64,000 nt of DNA from Octopus vulgaris (lineage: Eukaryota): positions 22,692,001-22,756,000 of the forward strand of contig OX597830.1 of assembly GCA_951406725.2 (NCBI GenBank), written 5' to 3'. Below are positions 1 through 13,614 of the stretch, piece by piece. The notes under the pieces are model-generated. The model was not told the origin of the DNA and searched no databases. It saw only the letters and a program-made list of their open reading frames with translations. Numbering within the stretch: position 1 is the first letter of the stretch; the number at the start of each line of letters is the position of its first letter. A program made the position numbers and the translations under genes.

Positions 1-133
1 CTTTTCATTGACAAAAGTTTAGTTGTTGCAGGATAAAAACCAGCTACATCGAACAGCATGAATATGAATATATTACCTGTACTATCCCACATTTAATACC
101 AATGCATATATGATACATATATACATAAGACTT

Positions 134-304
134 AGGTGCAGGCATGGCTATGTGATAAGAAATTCGCTTCTCAATCACATGATTCCAGGATCAGTCTCTG
201 CATGACACCTTGGGTAAGTTTTTTTCTAAAGCCCCAGGCTGACCAAAACCTTGCGAGTGGGTTTAGTAGATAGAAACTGAAAGAAGCCTCATCAAATATG
301 TATG

Positions 305-346
<42 letters not shown>

Positions 347-840
347 TATATACGACAGGCTTCTTTCAGTTTCCGTCTACCAAATCCACTCACAAGGCTT
401 TGGTCGGCCCGGGGCTATAGCAGAAGACACTTGCCCAAGATGCCACGCAGTGGGACTGAACCCGGAACCATGTGGTTGGTTAGCAAGCTACTTACCACAC
501 AGCCACTCCTGCGCCTATGTATGTACATATGTATGTATGTATTATGTATGTATGTATGTATTATGTATGTATGCATGTATTATGCATGCATGCATGTGAG
601 TGTGTTAGCTTCTCTGGGCTCTGACACTGCGTAGCAGCTGTAAACAAGTGCCACCGTTATGGAAATAAATATCCTTCGTTTCTGATATTCTGGTCACGGG
701 GAAATATTGTCTTCAAAACAACTGAAGATTGGTGACAGGAAGAGCATCTGACCGCAGAAAATCTGCCTCAACACATTCTATCTATCTGACCCATGCGAAC
801 ATGGAAAATTTGGCCCTAATACAATGGATGATGATGATGA
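134..840 (+). mobile_element. Decayed tRNA-headed SINE (family A-type head, different 3' tail ending in (GAT)n), interrupted by an antisense family A SINE
   Basis: Head ggtgcaggcatggctatgtgataag...caccttgggtaag at 135-295; tail ggtgacaggaagagcatctgaccgcagaaaatctgcctcaa...gacccatgcgaacatggaaaa then (gat)n at about 730-850. Confidence 0.55.
349..516 (-). mobile_element. SINE family A, 5' half
   Basis: Reverse complement gives ggcgcaggagtggctgtgtggtaag (A box)...ggttcagtccc (B box)...cttgggcaagtgtcttct (CORE-like); near-identical to copies at 2350-2500 and 26550-26700. Confidence 0.9.
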
Positions 841-1109
841 CAGTGATGATGATCTCACACACACACACAGTGCCAACATCCAACTGACATAAAACAGCTC
901 ATGTTATTTCATCCACTCTGAAGTTAGTTTACAACTTACTTCACCCCACCCCTCCTCTTTTTTCGAATCAAACAGCTGCAACTCTCTCTCTCTCTCTCTC
1001 TCTTTCTTATTTCATGTGTGGTGTGCATCACATCGCCAAAAACATTCTAGTAACATCTCAGCAAACGAAGATTATGTAATAGTAGTAGTAGTAGTAGTGA
1101 ATTGTGGCA

Positions 1110-1260
1110 CATGGCCAGAAACTTGTTAGTAAGGCAGGTATTGTCGATTAAATCCGCTGCAGTACTTGACTGGTACTTTATTTTAATGACCCCCCACCCC
1201 CTTCTCCGTAACGAAGAAAGGCCAAGTTGACCTCGGAAGAATTTGAACTCAGAACTCACA
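1110..1260 (-). mobile_element. SINE family B fragment
   Basis: tcgattaaatc...tggtactttatttt...gacctcggaagaatttgaactcagaac matches the reverse of the family B copies at 29082 and 32355. Confidence 0.7.
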
Positions 1261-1354
1261 AGGGGAAGTAACTAAATGTTCTGCAAGTCATTGAAACGAT
1301 CCACTTGACAGATAAGGTGTCTTATTCTGTTACACGTTACAGTTATTGCAATGG

Positions 1355-1690
1355 GGCCATGAGTTGGGGACACCACCTTGAAAGGTTTAGTCGACCTGAT
1401 CGATCCCAAATATTGATTTTTTTAAAGTCTGGGTACTTATTTTATAGGTCCCTTTCGCTGAATTGCGAACGCGCGGGGACGTAAACAAACCAATGAGAGA
1501 GGGGATACGAAGGCATGTACATGCGCCCCCACCCCACAGGATTCTGTACAGTTTCAGCCAACCAAATTCACTCGCAAAGCGTTGGTCTATCCTGGGTTAT
1601 AGGAGAAGATTTTGCTCAAGGTGCAGCGTAGTGGGGTTGAACATGAATCCATGTGATTGCGAAGGTATCTTCTTAACCACACAGCCATGA
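1355..1690 (-). mobile_element. SINE family A, diverged copy
   Basis: ggccatgagttggggacaccacc...gtacttattt...ggggacgtaaacaaacc...aaccacacagccatg. Confidence 0.75.
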
Positions 1691-2084
1691 TTCCGCGAGA
1701 CCTTGAGAATGATTACAAAAAAAAAAAAAGAAAGAAAAATGTATCGACACATATATATAACCAAAGCACTCACGTCATGAGATATGTACATAAAATACGA
1801 TACAGAGAATATCACTTCGCTCTCAGACATTGCACACGAATATTACGTAGAACGGTGCTGAAGTTGACACGTACCAGTCCACTGCCGATATTAATGAAAC
1901 TTCTGACATCCCACATTTATCAAATAAAATGACGAATTACTTTGCTGTAGTGTTAGACAAGTTTAGAAAGATGGGGACCATCTGAATTTTAATAAACATG
2001 CCAGTTTGTCCCATTTTCAGTCAATCCTTACATCACTTTCCCAAGGTGTTCTCGTTGAGTATTGTCAATACTTAAGAGTATACT

Positions 2085-2309
2085 CCTCTTTTACATGTTT
2101 CAGTCATTTGACTGTGGCCATGCTGGAGCACCGCCTTCAGTCGAGCAGATCGACCCCAGAACTTATTCTTTGTAAGCCTAGTATTTATTCTGTTGGTCTC
2201 TTTTGCCGAACCGCTAAGTTACGGGGACGTAAACACACCAGCATCGGTTGTCAAGCGATGTTGGGGGGGGGGGGACAAACACAGACACACAAACATATAT
2301 ACACACACA

Positions 2310-2341
<32 letters not shown>

Positions 2342-2502
2342 CATACACGGCAGGCTTCTTTCAGTTTCCGTCTACCAAATCCACTCACAAGGCTTTGGTC
2401 GGCCCGAGGCTATAGTAGAAGACATTTGCCCAAGGTACCACCCAGTGGCACTGAACCCGGAACCATGTAGTTTGTAAGCAAGCTACTTACCACACAGCCA
2501 CT
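2085..2502 (-). mobile_element. SINE family A, near full length, young
   Basis: Complete tail (ttttacatgtttcagtcatttgactgtggccatgctggagcaccgcc), body, internal (CATA)n and tRNA-like head. Confidence 0.92.
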
Positions 2503-2954
2503 AACTAACTAAAACTAAATATTACACGGATCCCAAGATAGACAGCTCTATCCTCGATAGTACAATAAAAGTACTCAATAAACAAGTCGACTGAAAAAAA
2601 AATGGAAAAGAAATAAAATAATAATCTTTAATTTATGTTTAAATATTCGAGGAAAGGAGAAGGTATTACCGATCTACTAATTAACTGATACTTTTGCTAC
2701 CGAGTTCGGAAGGACGAAAGGAATTCAAACTCGTCAAGATTTAAGACACGCGGCCACGGAACTGTAGAGTAGTAAGGTGGTGGGACACACATACACACAC
2801 ACAATAGATTGAATCGATTCTAATACATATTTGAACTTGAGGGCCTAGAGTTCTGTATCTATTAAATTGTTTGATAAGGGCATGATACGAAACTCTAGGT
2901 TCTTGAGCCACTCTTGCTCTCACAGAGCTTCTCAGAATATATTTCTTCCCTCAT

Positions 2955-3090
2955 ACCTTTCCTGTAGAAGAGCATAGGCTCGAAACGTCAACGGCTTTTT
3001 CATTTTGCCTGACCGTCAAACTAATACACCTTGTTTGTTGTTCCCTCGCTTATCTCTCTTCTATTTTTTTTTTGTACATTTTGAACCACA
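2955..3090 (+). repeat. PLE-end-like repeat carrying a degenerate minimal hammerhead motif (CUGUAGA A GAGC..GCUC GAAA CG UC)
   Basis: Same module at 13255-13395, 55150-55230 and (reverse) 21130-21250. Confidence 0.55.
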
Positions 3091-3896
3091 TGCACACTGT
3101 GGTATCATGTATTGAGTTCTGTTGTGGAGTTATTTATTTTCGAGACGTGTGTTTATATAAACATCTGTCGATTCACCAGAAGCGACTAATTACATGACTC
3201 AATATAAATGTAGAGTATTCTTTAATATATTATAACTGAAAGTCTCGCACACTCACTCACACATTCTACTTCACATTCAGAGTTTCGTATTTCCCCGTTT
3301 GTAAAAGCAATCGTACATATCTGATCTCTATTTTATCGACACCCCTCTTCTACACACACACACACACTTAGTGGCGGCATGATCTGAACTCAAAACACGG
3401 AAGAAAGAAACTGAAATTTTAATTCAGTGAGGCAGCGTTTAGTCTGGCACTCTACCATTTCAGCCATTCCACGGCATTCCAAAAAATAACAATGGTTTCT
3501 GAAATAGGCACAAGGCCATACATTAGGGGAAAGAGAGAGAGAGGGAGAGAGAGAGACGGGGGAGGGATATAACAGAATTATAGTAAAATTCGGAATCCGT
3601 GGAATCTGGTGAAGCTCTGTGGCCGACAACAATTTAATCGATAAAGACAGTTCCTTTGAGAGAAGGGTTCGATAAGTTCAATTATTGTGAGAGCCAGTAT
3701 AAGTGTTTATTCTTCTCTTCGTAGCTGACTCCTGTCTGGAATTTTCTGAGAAATATGTTGACATTATTTTCAGTCTGTCAACATTATTTCCAGTTCCATG
3801 AACAACAATCCCAGAATACCAAGCACTCCCCTGCTTATTTGGATGATATTGCTAGGTGGTGGAAAGATTTGATGTAGACACAAATTTATAAAATTA

Positions 3897-4027
3897 CTGT
3901 GTTTATACTAAATGTATAAATCGCACAATTTCATACTTAATTTTAAGTGAAAAAAGCACCCACTGGAGTGCGATTTATACACGAGGTAAAGCTAAGACGA
4001 GCGCGACTTATACACAAGAAAATACAG
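3897..4027. mobile_element. Small TcMar (Tc2/pogo-like) MITE
   Basis: TA|ctgtgtttat...tgtataaatcgcac on the left and gcgacttatacacaagaaaatacag|TA on the right; imperfect TIRs with TA flanks. Confidence 0.6.
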
Positions 4028-4259
4028 TAATAATTTGCCGTGAGGAATGGGAAAGAAAGTGTTGGCTGCTGTCGCTTGGGCTCAGGTAGCAATTCGATTT
4101 CATAGATTCAGTCGAATCCGATAAATGACAAAAACCTACTGAAGGAATCAGGGGGAACACACGATTCGCTCTTGTATGTAACTGAAACTTTCTTTCTCGA
4201 CCGAGAAAGGTGTGGAATGTAAACAGTTTTATAATAATATCACGATGAACAAAATAATA

Positions 4260-4690
4260 ATTATTTCTACTAATTAATAGGAATAAGGTCTGAAATTTGG
4301 GGGAACGGGGTTAATCGATTACATCGACTCTACAACTTGATTGGCACTTTCGACTTCAGATGGATGAATAGCAACGTTGATATCGGCAATATTTGAACTC
4401 GGGACATAAGTAACTAACGATAATAATAATAGTTGATGTTTAATCGCTTACATCCCACAAAGGATAAAAAGCAAAGTTGATCACAGCGTTATTTGAACTC
4501 AGAAAGTGATGAGCTGAAAGAAATGCCGCTAGGCATTTTGTCCGATGCACTAACAATTCTGTTCGTTGGTCACCCTTATGGCTTCCGATTTTAAGCGCAA
4601 GGCCAGCAATTTTGAGAAGGGACTAGTCAATACCTTAGCCACGACCCCCTCAGTACTCGACTGGTACTTTACTTTGTCAACCCTGGAGGG
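4260..4690 (-). mobile_element. Cluster of decayed family B SINE fragments
   Basis: Repeated tcgattacatcgac, atttgaactc and aaatgccgcta modules. Confidence 0.6.
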
Positions 4691-5245
4691 ATACCAACGC
4701 GAAGTAATAATCAAGAATACAAAAGGAAACAATGCAGTATTAAGCACATACACAAATAAAGACGAATGAATGAATGAGATTCTCAGAAGGAAAAAAAACC
4801 CAAAGTTTTATTTGGCACAAGACCAACATAACTAGAGCAGTGTAAAATAAGAGGTATATAAGGATTTCCGACAAAAGCTCAAGGTTTCGCGTTTAGGAGA
4901 AATTTAAAGCGAAAGGAGATTGTTTAAGGTTTACCTTTCATGTCAAGGGCATAGCAGAGAGCTAATGAAGTGACATGGCGACAACTGAGGAACGAAGCCG
5001 GCTCGTGGCTATAACACTCGCCGGCGAACAACAACAGGAATGGGTGTTGTAACTTTTAATTCATACAGCAAAAATTAAGAGTGAAAAGTGGATGAGATTG
5101 GGTGACGTTCATGCCACTTCCTTCCTCTCAAAGTCTAATGATGTGGAAGATATTCGCCAGTAAACAGATAAAGGCTGGCGGCGACGATGGTTTATTTGCT
5201 AGCTACGAAATAAATCCGCATTATCATTAAGTTGGTTTTATATAT

Positions 5246-5300
5246 ATTTATTTTGTCTAGTTTCAGCTCACGAGCTGTGGCCATGCTGGGGCATCGCCAT
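5246..5300 (-). mobile_element. Isolated 3' tip of the CR1-type LINE
   Basis: tctagtttcagctcacgagctgtggccatgctggggc is identical to the 3' end of the CR1 element at about 17465-17500; a further copy lies at 37315-37360. Confidence 0.8.
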
Positions 5301-5545
5301 TTTATATATATATATATATATATAATGTATGTATGTATATACACACACATACATATATATCTACGGGGTGGAGGCCAAGATTAAAAGGCAGTGTTTATTT
5401 TATGTATGTGTGTGAGCGTAGCAAATTTTTAATTAAAATACTTTATAATCAATGTCACACTTCTTATCTCTGCAAGTATTATCGGCAAGTACAGCTATGG
5501 CTAATGTTTCCCATCTAAACTGACAGAAAAACAAAGGACACACAG

Positions 5546-5587
<42 letters not shown>

Positions 5588-6384
5588 AACAAATAGAGAG
5601 AGGGAAACAGGCGAAATGTTTACATGTCACTGATGTCAACAACGGAGGAGAGAGAGAGAGATGGATGGAGAGAGAATTAGTCACAGATCAGGCTAAGTGT
5701 TCTCTCACCACCGCCGCCGCCACTCTTTCGCTCTTCTTACCATTGCAGAACATCAAAGTCAGGCTGACACTAAATGAACAAGAACACACACACACACCAA
5801 TTACCAGCTAATTTCTTAGGTTTCGCACTGCTCTATCAATCTACCTTTTTATCACGTCTGTGATACAGTTATCTATTTATTAGTTAGTCAGTCTCTCTTT
5901 CTCTCTCTCTCTCTCTTTTTTATTTATTTAAAAGGCAAGTAGTGATACGAACAAAATATATTTAATTTACTGTTACATTGAGAAATAGTTTCTCGTGCAT
6001 TCGTGCACAGCGAATTAAGGACAATAAAATTACAAATCAAATTTAGAGCGATAATATAGAGTAGACACAACTAAAACGAGAAGGCACTTGAAAACAAAAT
6101 CAAGCTACATTCTGAAGTAAAAACGTTTATCCATCATATCTTTCTCTCTCTCCACATACATATATACATGCATGCAGGCACACACACGCATACATACATG
6201 TATGTATATATATGTGTGTATATCTACGTGTTTAAACAATTTATCTTTCTCGAGTCTCCTTGACTTATTTTAATAAACCACCAGCAAGATCTCCACTAGC
6301 AGACAATCCACCACCATCACCAACACTTATTTTTGTTGTTGATAAATTTCACTTCACAATACATAAAGAAAAATATACACAAAC

Positions 6385-6620
6385 CAACGAAGGAGATAAC
6401 CTCGACGTGACAGGTCCACCTGCTAGGAATAGCAACCAAATATTGCTTAAATTACACCCTTGACTGTCTTAAAAAGGGAGGGAGGAAAGGAAACCACATT
6501 GGACAATGTAGAAATAGGCCCAGAATATCTATGAAAGATGGATAATCAAAGCTGGAACGTACTTTGATCGTAGGTGTTTGCTCATTCGGAGCTGATCTGA
6601 GGTTAATCTCAAACAATAAC
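6385..6620 (-). repeat. Interspersed repeat family D (ends ...gggtgtgatttgagggagatttggctgctatttctagcagg)
   Basis: Reverse of modules at 23381-23635, 43330-43380, 53240-53300 and 63530-63710. Confidence 0.55.
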
Positions 6621-8133
6621 GAAGGCGAGCAGGAGTACTGAGGAAACCTAGCAGGTCTGATTAGCGAGGTTGTTGAAGAATGTTTGAAGATGAGGACGAT
6701 ATTAAGATTTCGGTGGTGTAACTAAAGAAGCCATACGACTGTAGTATCATCTTCCATAGTTAGCACACACACACACATCTATCTAATGTGTGTGTGTGTG
6801 TGTGTGATAAGGCATATTGATATTTTAGCTGTGAGAATTCAAACAGGCACACGACACCTACATTCAATCTTAGTATAATGGCATTTTAACTGAAAATGAA
6901 CACAAACACACACATTCTCTCTCTCTCTCTCTCTCTGTCTCAATCACACGCACATGTATATCTTTTATTATTCCATTCATATCTAGGATCATTATAGGAA
7001 TATACGCTATAAAATCTACTCCCGCTCAGTACACAATTAGCATTACCTTGTGTGTTTGTGTGTGTGTGTGTGTGTGTGAAAAAGAGTGAGAGAGAGGTGG
7101 GATCTTTCTGTTGGAGTGTTGTTAACACATGATCATGTCTTGCAGTAAACAGTTCACAAACGGCAATAGGGAAGAAAAAAAAAAGCGAACAAACAACTAG
7201 ACAAAATGAAATAAATAGAGGCAAAATAGCAAGTAAAGAGATGGCAGTATGGTTGTGTGTGTGTGTGTGTGCGTGCCTATGTGTGTACGTAGTGGCTTTA
7301 ATATTTAATACTTAGTATTATTAATATACGGCTGATGGATCACTTTGTGGTATCAGAAACGAAACGATAGCTAGTAAGATCGTTTGCAACACTTGCATGC
7401 AAGAGCACATTTCGCGATGTGATCCAAAGTGAATCACTACAGCTGTGCTCGGGTGTGCATTTCCTGTAAAGAGCTGGGTTTATCAATTAGAGTTTTTTTT
7501 TGTTTTTTTTTTGTTTTCGTTTTATCCACAATACCAAAGATTTTTTTTCACGAAGATTACAGTAGCTACATAGATGGAGCAAAGCTGAGTGGATTTCGCT
7601 TTTTGGATCACAGTTGTGCTGTGAGTTCCAAGAATTTGTAGCATACTTGTTTCTCTTCGGGTTTCTTTTGCATCGCAGTCGTTTATGATAAAATAGAAAG
7701 GTGCTTTCTAAAAGATCCTTTTTATTTTGCCTTCAGAATTTGAATGTCTACAACAGCATTTTAGAAATGTAAGATGTTGATCATACAGTTTAAACGACAA
7801 AAGTAAATCATATTCCATATATCACGAGAAAAGTTTAAAAGGAAGGTATTTTTTCCACCTAAAGATGGAAAACCTTGTGCCTGGCACTTCGTCTTCCTAT
7901 CTGATATAGCGAATTGTTTCCCAGACATCTTAGGTACAAAGTTATCCAGATGTAGTAGAACCAGGTTACATTGCCATACGTAAGAAATAGGCGCATGTTT
8001 GATACACGCATTCTTTCGTTTGCGGTGTGTGTGAGACACACACCCCACACAGTTATATGCATTTCACAGACATACACGCATACAGACACAAACATATATC
8101 ACACCTATACATATAGGCACACACACATTTATG

Positions 8134-8175
<42 letters not shown>

Positions 8176-9219
8176 AAGATAGGGGTTATGAATGTAACCC
8201 ACTATGGTATATCAGACATATATACATAGGACGCAAGTGATTTCATACATCATACACACATATTTACATACGCATACATAAGTATACATATATATATATA
8301 GCATAATTATAGAGTGAGCCATATAGTGACCACTCTCTTATATTTATCATATATATATATATATATTTGTTTGTGTGTGGATACAGATGTCATATATCTA
8401 TATAGAAAAAGTGGTTGGTGGACAGAGAAACAACAAAAGGGTTTGTTTAAGTGGTGTGAAAATGAAGGTACAGACATAAGTACTTCGGGTGGGGCCCTTT
8501 GTGCAAGTGGAAATAGAGAGTAGATGAAGTATCTGTGTTAAAGAAGGATAATGACCAGAAACAATGGACAGTGAAGGTCTGCATCAGCATGAACAGCGTT
8601 GGAAATAAAAGAAACAATCTCATAGTACACTTTAATATATACCTTCTTTTGTTGTTGTCGTTGTTATTTCCAAATTCAATTCATACTCATGCAATCCAGC
8701 AGAACCTAAACAGTAAGAATGTATGGTTGATCAGAGAGAGTGTGAATAAAAGAGGATGATGGTTAAATAGTTGATTGGGAGTTATTTATGAAGACGAATA
8801 AAGCAGCCAGAAAAAAAAAAATAGGTAAACAAAAGAAAATATGTAACGAAAAGTGATGATAATTCAGTTTAAGTTGAGAGTCTTGGCAGCTTGCTCTAGT
8901 GAAATGCATGTCGTTTTTAATGGAGGGGACTAGTGTTCAGTGATGACCGGTTTGGCAGCTAGTCTTATGAGAAGATATAATAGAGATGAGATACTAAATA
9001 AACAGTTAAATATATATATATATATAATATATATAAATTGATAAATATAGATAGACAGACAAATAGATAATTTGAGAGAAAGCGAGAGATAAAAATGTGA
9101 TTTTTCTCCCAAAATAACAAATACTTTAACTTACCTATGTGTAATCCGATTGATGTTAGGACTATAAATATCCATTTGAATGTGGCCAGCATATTTTATA
9201 TGGAGACATACAGAAGCTA

Positions 9220-10900
9220 GCGGTGTTTGTAGTATAAATGCAGTGTTGTGGTGTGTTAGTAGTGTTGTGGTAGGGATGATAGTGCGTAATGTAACACCGA
9301 GATATTACTGTGTTGCCGTGGCGTGGTGTGGACTCATAATTGGGGGGGGGGGGGGAGACAGTTATGGTGTTAATATGTGCAGTGTAGCTGTGGTAGTGCG
9401 TTGCGAGTGTAGTACGAGTGTGGTGTTATAATTAGTGTCGGCAGTTGTGGTGTCGTAATTTGTATACACTGTCGTGTGGTGGTGATTGTCTGCTATGTTG
9501 GTGCGGTTAGACAGACTATTAGTTATTATATTCGATGTACAGTAGTGTCGCTGTTATTGTTGTACAAGTGCGCGCGCGTATGTCTCTCTCTCTCTCTCTC
9601 TGTGATGTTATATGTATGTGTGTATGTATGTATGTATGTGTGTGTGCATGTGTGTGAGTGTTCTATTCTGTGATGTCCTGGTGGTGATGGTGGTATTGAG
9701 TAGGGGTCGACAGTTATGGTGCGTCGTTTCACCTTTCTGTGAAAGACAGCGCAGCAAATATGGCGCTGCTGTCTGGCTTGGGAGTAATTCTCTGTGGCTG
9801 TGTATGTCTCACTGTGTGTGTGTCTGTGCAACTGTGTAGACTACTATGTATGCTGCCATAGCTTATTGTATATGTGTGGCCTGGCTGCTGTGTGAGTGCG
9901 AGCGTGTGTTTATGTTATTGTGTGCTCAATTAATGTGTATTCTTCACTGAGTGGCTTTGCTCCTAGCTATGTGTGTGAGTGTGTGTAACTTGGCTGCATG
10001 AGAGTGCGTGTCTGTAACTTGGCTATGAGTGTGAGTGCTTCGCTCTATGTGCCTGTATGTGTGTGTTTGCTTGGCTCTATGTGTATGTGTATATGCGGCT
10101 GTAAGCGTACATTTCTGTGCCTGACTGCGTATTTCTGTATCTGAGCTTTGCCTGGCATATGTGTTGTGTGTGTGTGTGTGTGTATGGGCACGTGTGTCTG
10201 TCTGTGAGTGTGAGTCAATGTCTGTGAATGTATGTGTGTGTGTATCTATCTGCTTTGAGCCAAATATTATATGTATGTGTGTGTATGTGGGAGAGAGAGA
10301 GAGAGAGAGAGAGAGAAACTGAATGAATGATTGCAACTGTAATTCTCTCTCTTTCTTTCTCTGTCACTCTGTCTTATACTCAGCATTCATGCATGTATGT
10401 GTAGATGTATGCGTGTATGTATGTGTATATTTGTGTGTGCGTTGTGATTTAGTACGTTTCTCTGACACAGTGTGTCTATGTGTATGGCTATCTGTGTATG
10501 TGTGCGCTGTATCTTATTCTAATGTGTGTATATATTTATACGTATCTCTATATACATGTGTGCAGTATAGGTCTCTTCATCTTTCTCTTGAGTGTGAGTG
10601 TGCGTGTGTGTGTGTGCTTTGTTACTCTGTCACACAATCGTTTCTCGTTTCTTTTAGTCTCCTTTCTCTCTTTCTTCCTCTCTTTTTTAGTTATGCCTTT
10701 CTCCCTATCCGTCTTTTTTTCTTTGCACCTCACTATTTTCGACTCACTGTGTGCAAAAAACTATTCGTGTTAGTGTGACTGTGTGCATGTGTCTAACTTT
10801 CTCCTCTGTGTATATGTATATGACTTAATATGCTTTATTTTATGTGTGTGTGTATGTGCATCTCACATATTGTAACTGGATTGAGTCGAGTGCACGAGTA
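9220..10900. repeat. About 1.7 kb degenerate GT/GTGT-rich simple sequence
   Basis: Continuous TG-biased cryptic microsatellite; ORFs here are low-complexity artefacts. Confidence 0.75.
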
Positions 10901-10952
10901 GTTATTTGTTGTATTTGCTCCCCACTGCTTCTCTTTCTTTCTCCTTTCTTCC

Positions 10953-10953
<1 letters not shown>

Positions 10954-11032
<79 letters not shown>

Positions 11033-11105
11033 ACTACCTATCTATCTACCTATCAATCTATCTATCTATCTATCTACCTATCTATCTATCTATCTATCTA
11101 TCTAC

Positions 11106-11171
<66 letters not shown>

Positions 11172-11193
11172 GTCTATCTATCTATCTATCTAC

Positions 11194-11253
<60 letters not shown>
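10954..11253. repeat. (TATC)n / GATA tetranucleotide microsatellite, about 300 bp
   Basis: Direct reading. Confidence 0.98.
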
Positions 11254-11639
11254 AGTTACTTATAGTTTCTCATTTTTCTATATCGTCGTTCGAAGATCGG
11301 AACCGCGAAACTCGGAGTAATGGTTTGTGAAGTTTCGAGCTTCCATATAAAATATAATACAGTATAATAAATATATATATATAATATATAACTCTCTCTA
11401 TTGAGCACACCGTGTTCACACTCAAGTGTTTATACACACTCATACACATATATAAACAAATAAATATATATGTGTGTGTATATATACGATTAGATAATGA
11501 GCGAATACATGTGATTATGTAGGTGAATGTATGTATGTATGTGCAAATATGTGTCTGTATGTGTGCGCTTTCTGACTGCGCCAGTCTGTCTCGGCTAGTT
11601 TCAGTGGCTGTTGCTATGTATAAACTCCTCTCACTTCCA

Positions 11640-12915
11640 CATTGATTCTCTATAGCTCTCTCTTACTTTCCCTCTTCTCCTTCACTCCCTCTCTCTCCAT
11701 CTATCTATCTATCTCATATACCTTCCCTCTTCCTCTCTATATTCATTCACTGTATTTCTCTGTCTATAATTTCACCCCATCTACCTCTTTTCCCTCTCAA
11801 TCTCATTCCATTACACTCTTGTTGTCGTTGTTCTTCTTCTTTCAATCAATTTATTACTCTCTCTCTCTCTCTCTCTCTTTCCACGCTTTCTGTCAAATTT
11901 ACTCGATTTATCATTTCTTTCTCTATCTCTCTCTCATTTTCCCCTCTCTATTTCTCCTCTCTTTCCTTCTCTCTTCCTCCTCTCTCTTTGTCTCTGTTAA
12001 TTTTTGCTTTCTCCTTTCAATTTTTATTTTCCTCTTTACTTTCTTCGTCTCTTGTCTCTTTCTCACTGTCAAATTTACTTTCTCTCTTCTTCCATACTCT
12101 CTTTTTCTCAATTTTTCCTCATTTTTCTCTGTCTATCTCCCTCCTTCACTCTCTCTCTTTATTTATACCTGTCTGTCCTCTTTTCTCTGTCTGTCTGTTT
12201 CTGACTGTCTACTTCTCTCTCTCTCTCTCTGTTTCTGTTTCTCTTTGCCTCTCAGTCTGTCCTCTCTCTCTCTCTGTCCGTCGCTTTTCGGCTGTTTGCT
12301 TCTCTCTCTCTCTTCTTTTCCCTCTCACTCTTCTCTGTGTGTCTGTCTGTTCTCCTGCTCTCTCTGTCTCTATCTTCCTGGTTGTCTGCCTTTCTTCCCC
12401 TTTCTCTACCACTCTGTGTCTTTCTCTACTTCTGTCGGTCTGTCTGTCTGTCTGTCTGTCTCTGTCTGTCTCTCCGTCTCTCTGTCTGTCTGTCTCTCTC
12501 TCTCTGTCTCTGTCTCTCTGTCTCTCTCTCTGTCTCTCTCTCCCTCTCTTACAGTGTGTGTGTCTCTCTCTCTCTGTCTCTCTCTCTCTTACAGTGTGTG
12601 TCTCTCTCTCTGTCTGTCCCTCTCTGTCAATCTCAATTTGTTCTTACCACACCACACTGACTCCTTGTCTCATTCTTTCAGTTTTCGTCCATCCTCTTCC
12701 TCATTCAAATCTTATTCTCTCTTCTCTTCCTCTTTCTCGCCCCCCCCCCTCCAGTTACTTTATCTCGTCCTCTCTCTTTAATAGTTTCTTTTTTCCTATT
12801 TCTCTGTGTCCATCAATATATTTTCTCTTAGCGAAAAAGTGAAGTTTTGCTCTTCAACCATTCAGCATTTTTGCTTCATTTTCTCACACACTCTCTCTCT
12901 CTCTCTCTCTCTTCT
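11640..12915. repeat. About 1.2 kb polypyrimidine (CT/CTGT-rich) tract
   Basis: The plus strand is almost entirely C/T; the 379-aa and 284-aa ORFs are Leu/Ser artefacts of this composition. Confidence 0.9.
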
Positions 12916-12929
12916 CGCTGATATTTTTT

Positions 12930-13230
12930 ATCTTTTACTTGCTTCAGTCACTGGATAGCGGCCATGTTAGTCGAACAAATCGACTCCAGCATTTATTTTT
13001 TCTTTTAAAGTTTGGTACATATTCTCTCGGTTTCTTTGGCCGAACTGCTACGTTAAGGGGATGTATATAAACCATTACTAGTTGTCAAGCGATGGTGGAG
13101 GACAAAATGACACACACAAACACACATACACAAGGCATTTGCTGATCTGGGTTTATAGTAGATGAGAATGTATGCGAAACCAAGTACTTGCAAAAGCGAG
13201 CTTCTTAATCATACAGCCATGCCTGTGCCT
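12930..13230 (-). mobile_element. SINE family A, decayed
   Basis: cttcagtcactggatagcggccatg...gttgtcaagcgatggtgg...atacagccatgcctg. Confidence 0.7.
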
Positions 13231-13614
13231 TTCCATTTGTTTTCCCTCATTTTCTTTTCTGTAGAAGAGCGTAGGCTCGAAACGTCAAAGACTCTTCCAT
13301 TTTACGTCAGCGTCAAACTAATACACATTGCTTGTTGGCCCCTCACCTGTCTCCGCCTTTTGATTTTTGTGTTTTCTACAATTTTGAACTGTATACCACA
13401 AGTGTGCTTTCCTCGGACTATCCCTTCTCTCCAGACCTTTCCTCTTTCCTCTTTTTTTTGACAAAGAGCCATGCTCAAAACATCACACCCCCTCTTTTTT
13501 CTATCTTAAATTGAGTACGTCAACCTAATACATTCACCGTATACTTCCTTTTGAGTTTTGTTTGTTTTTTTGTTTTTGATTTGCGCGCACGCACACACAT
13601 TAGTTCGTCCGTCG

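Noticed and set aside
11642-12842. Longest ORFs in the track (379 and 284 aa)
   Set aside because: Leu/Ser/Phe strings produced by a polypyrimidine tract that lacks stop codons.
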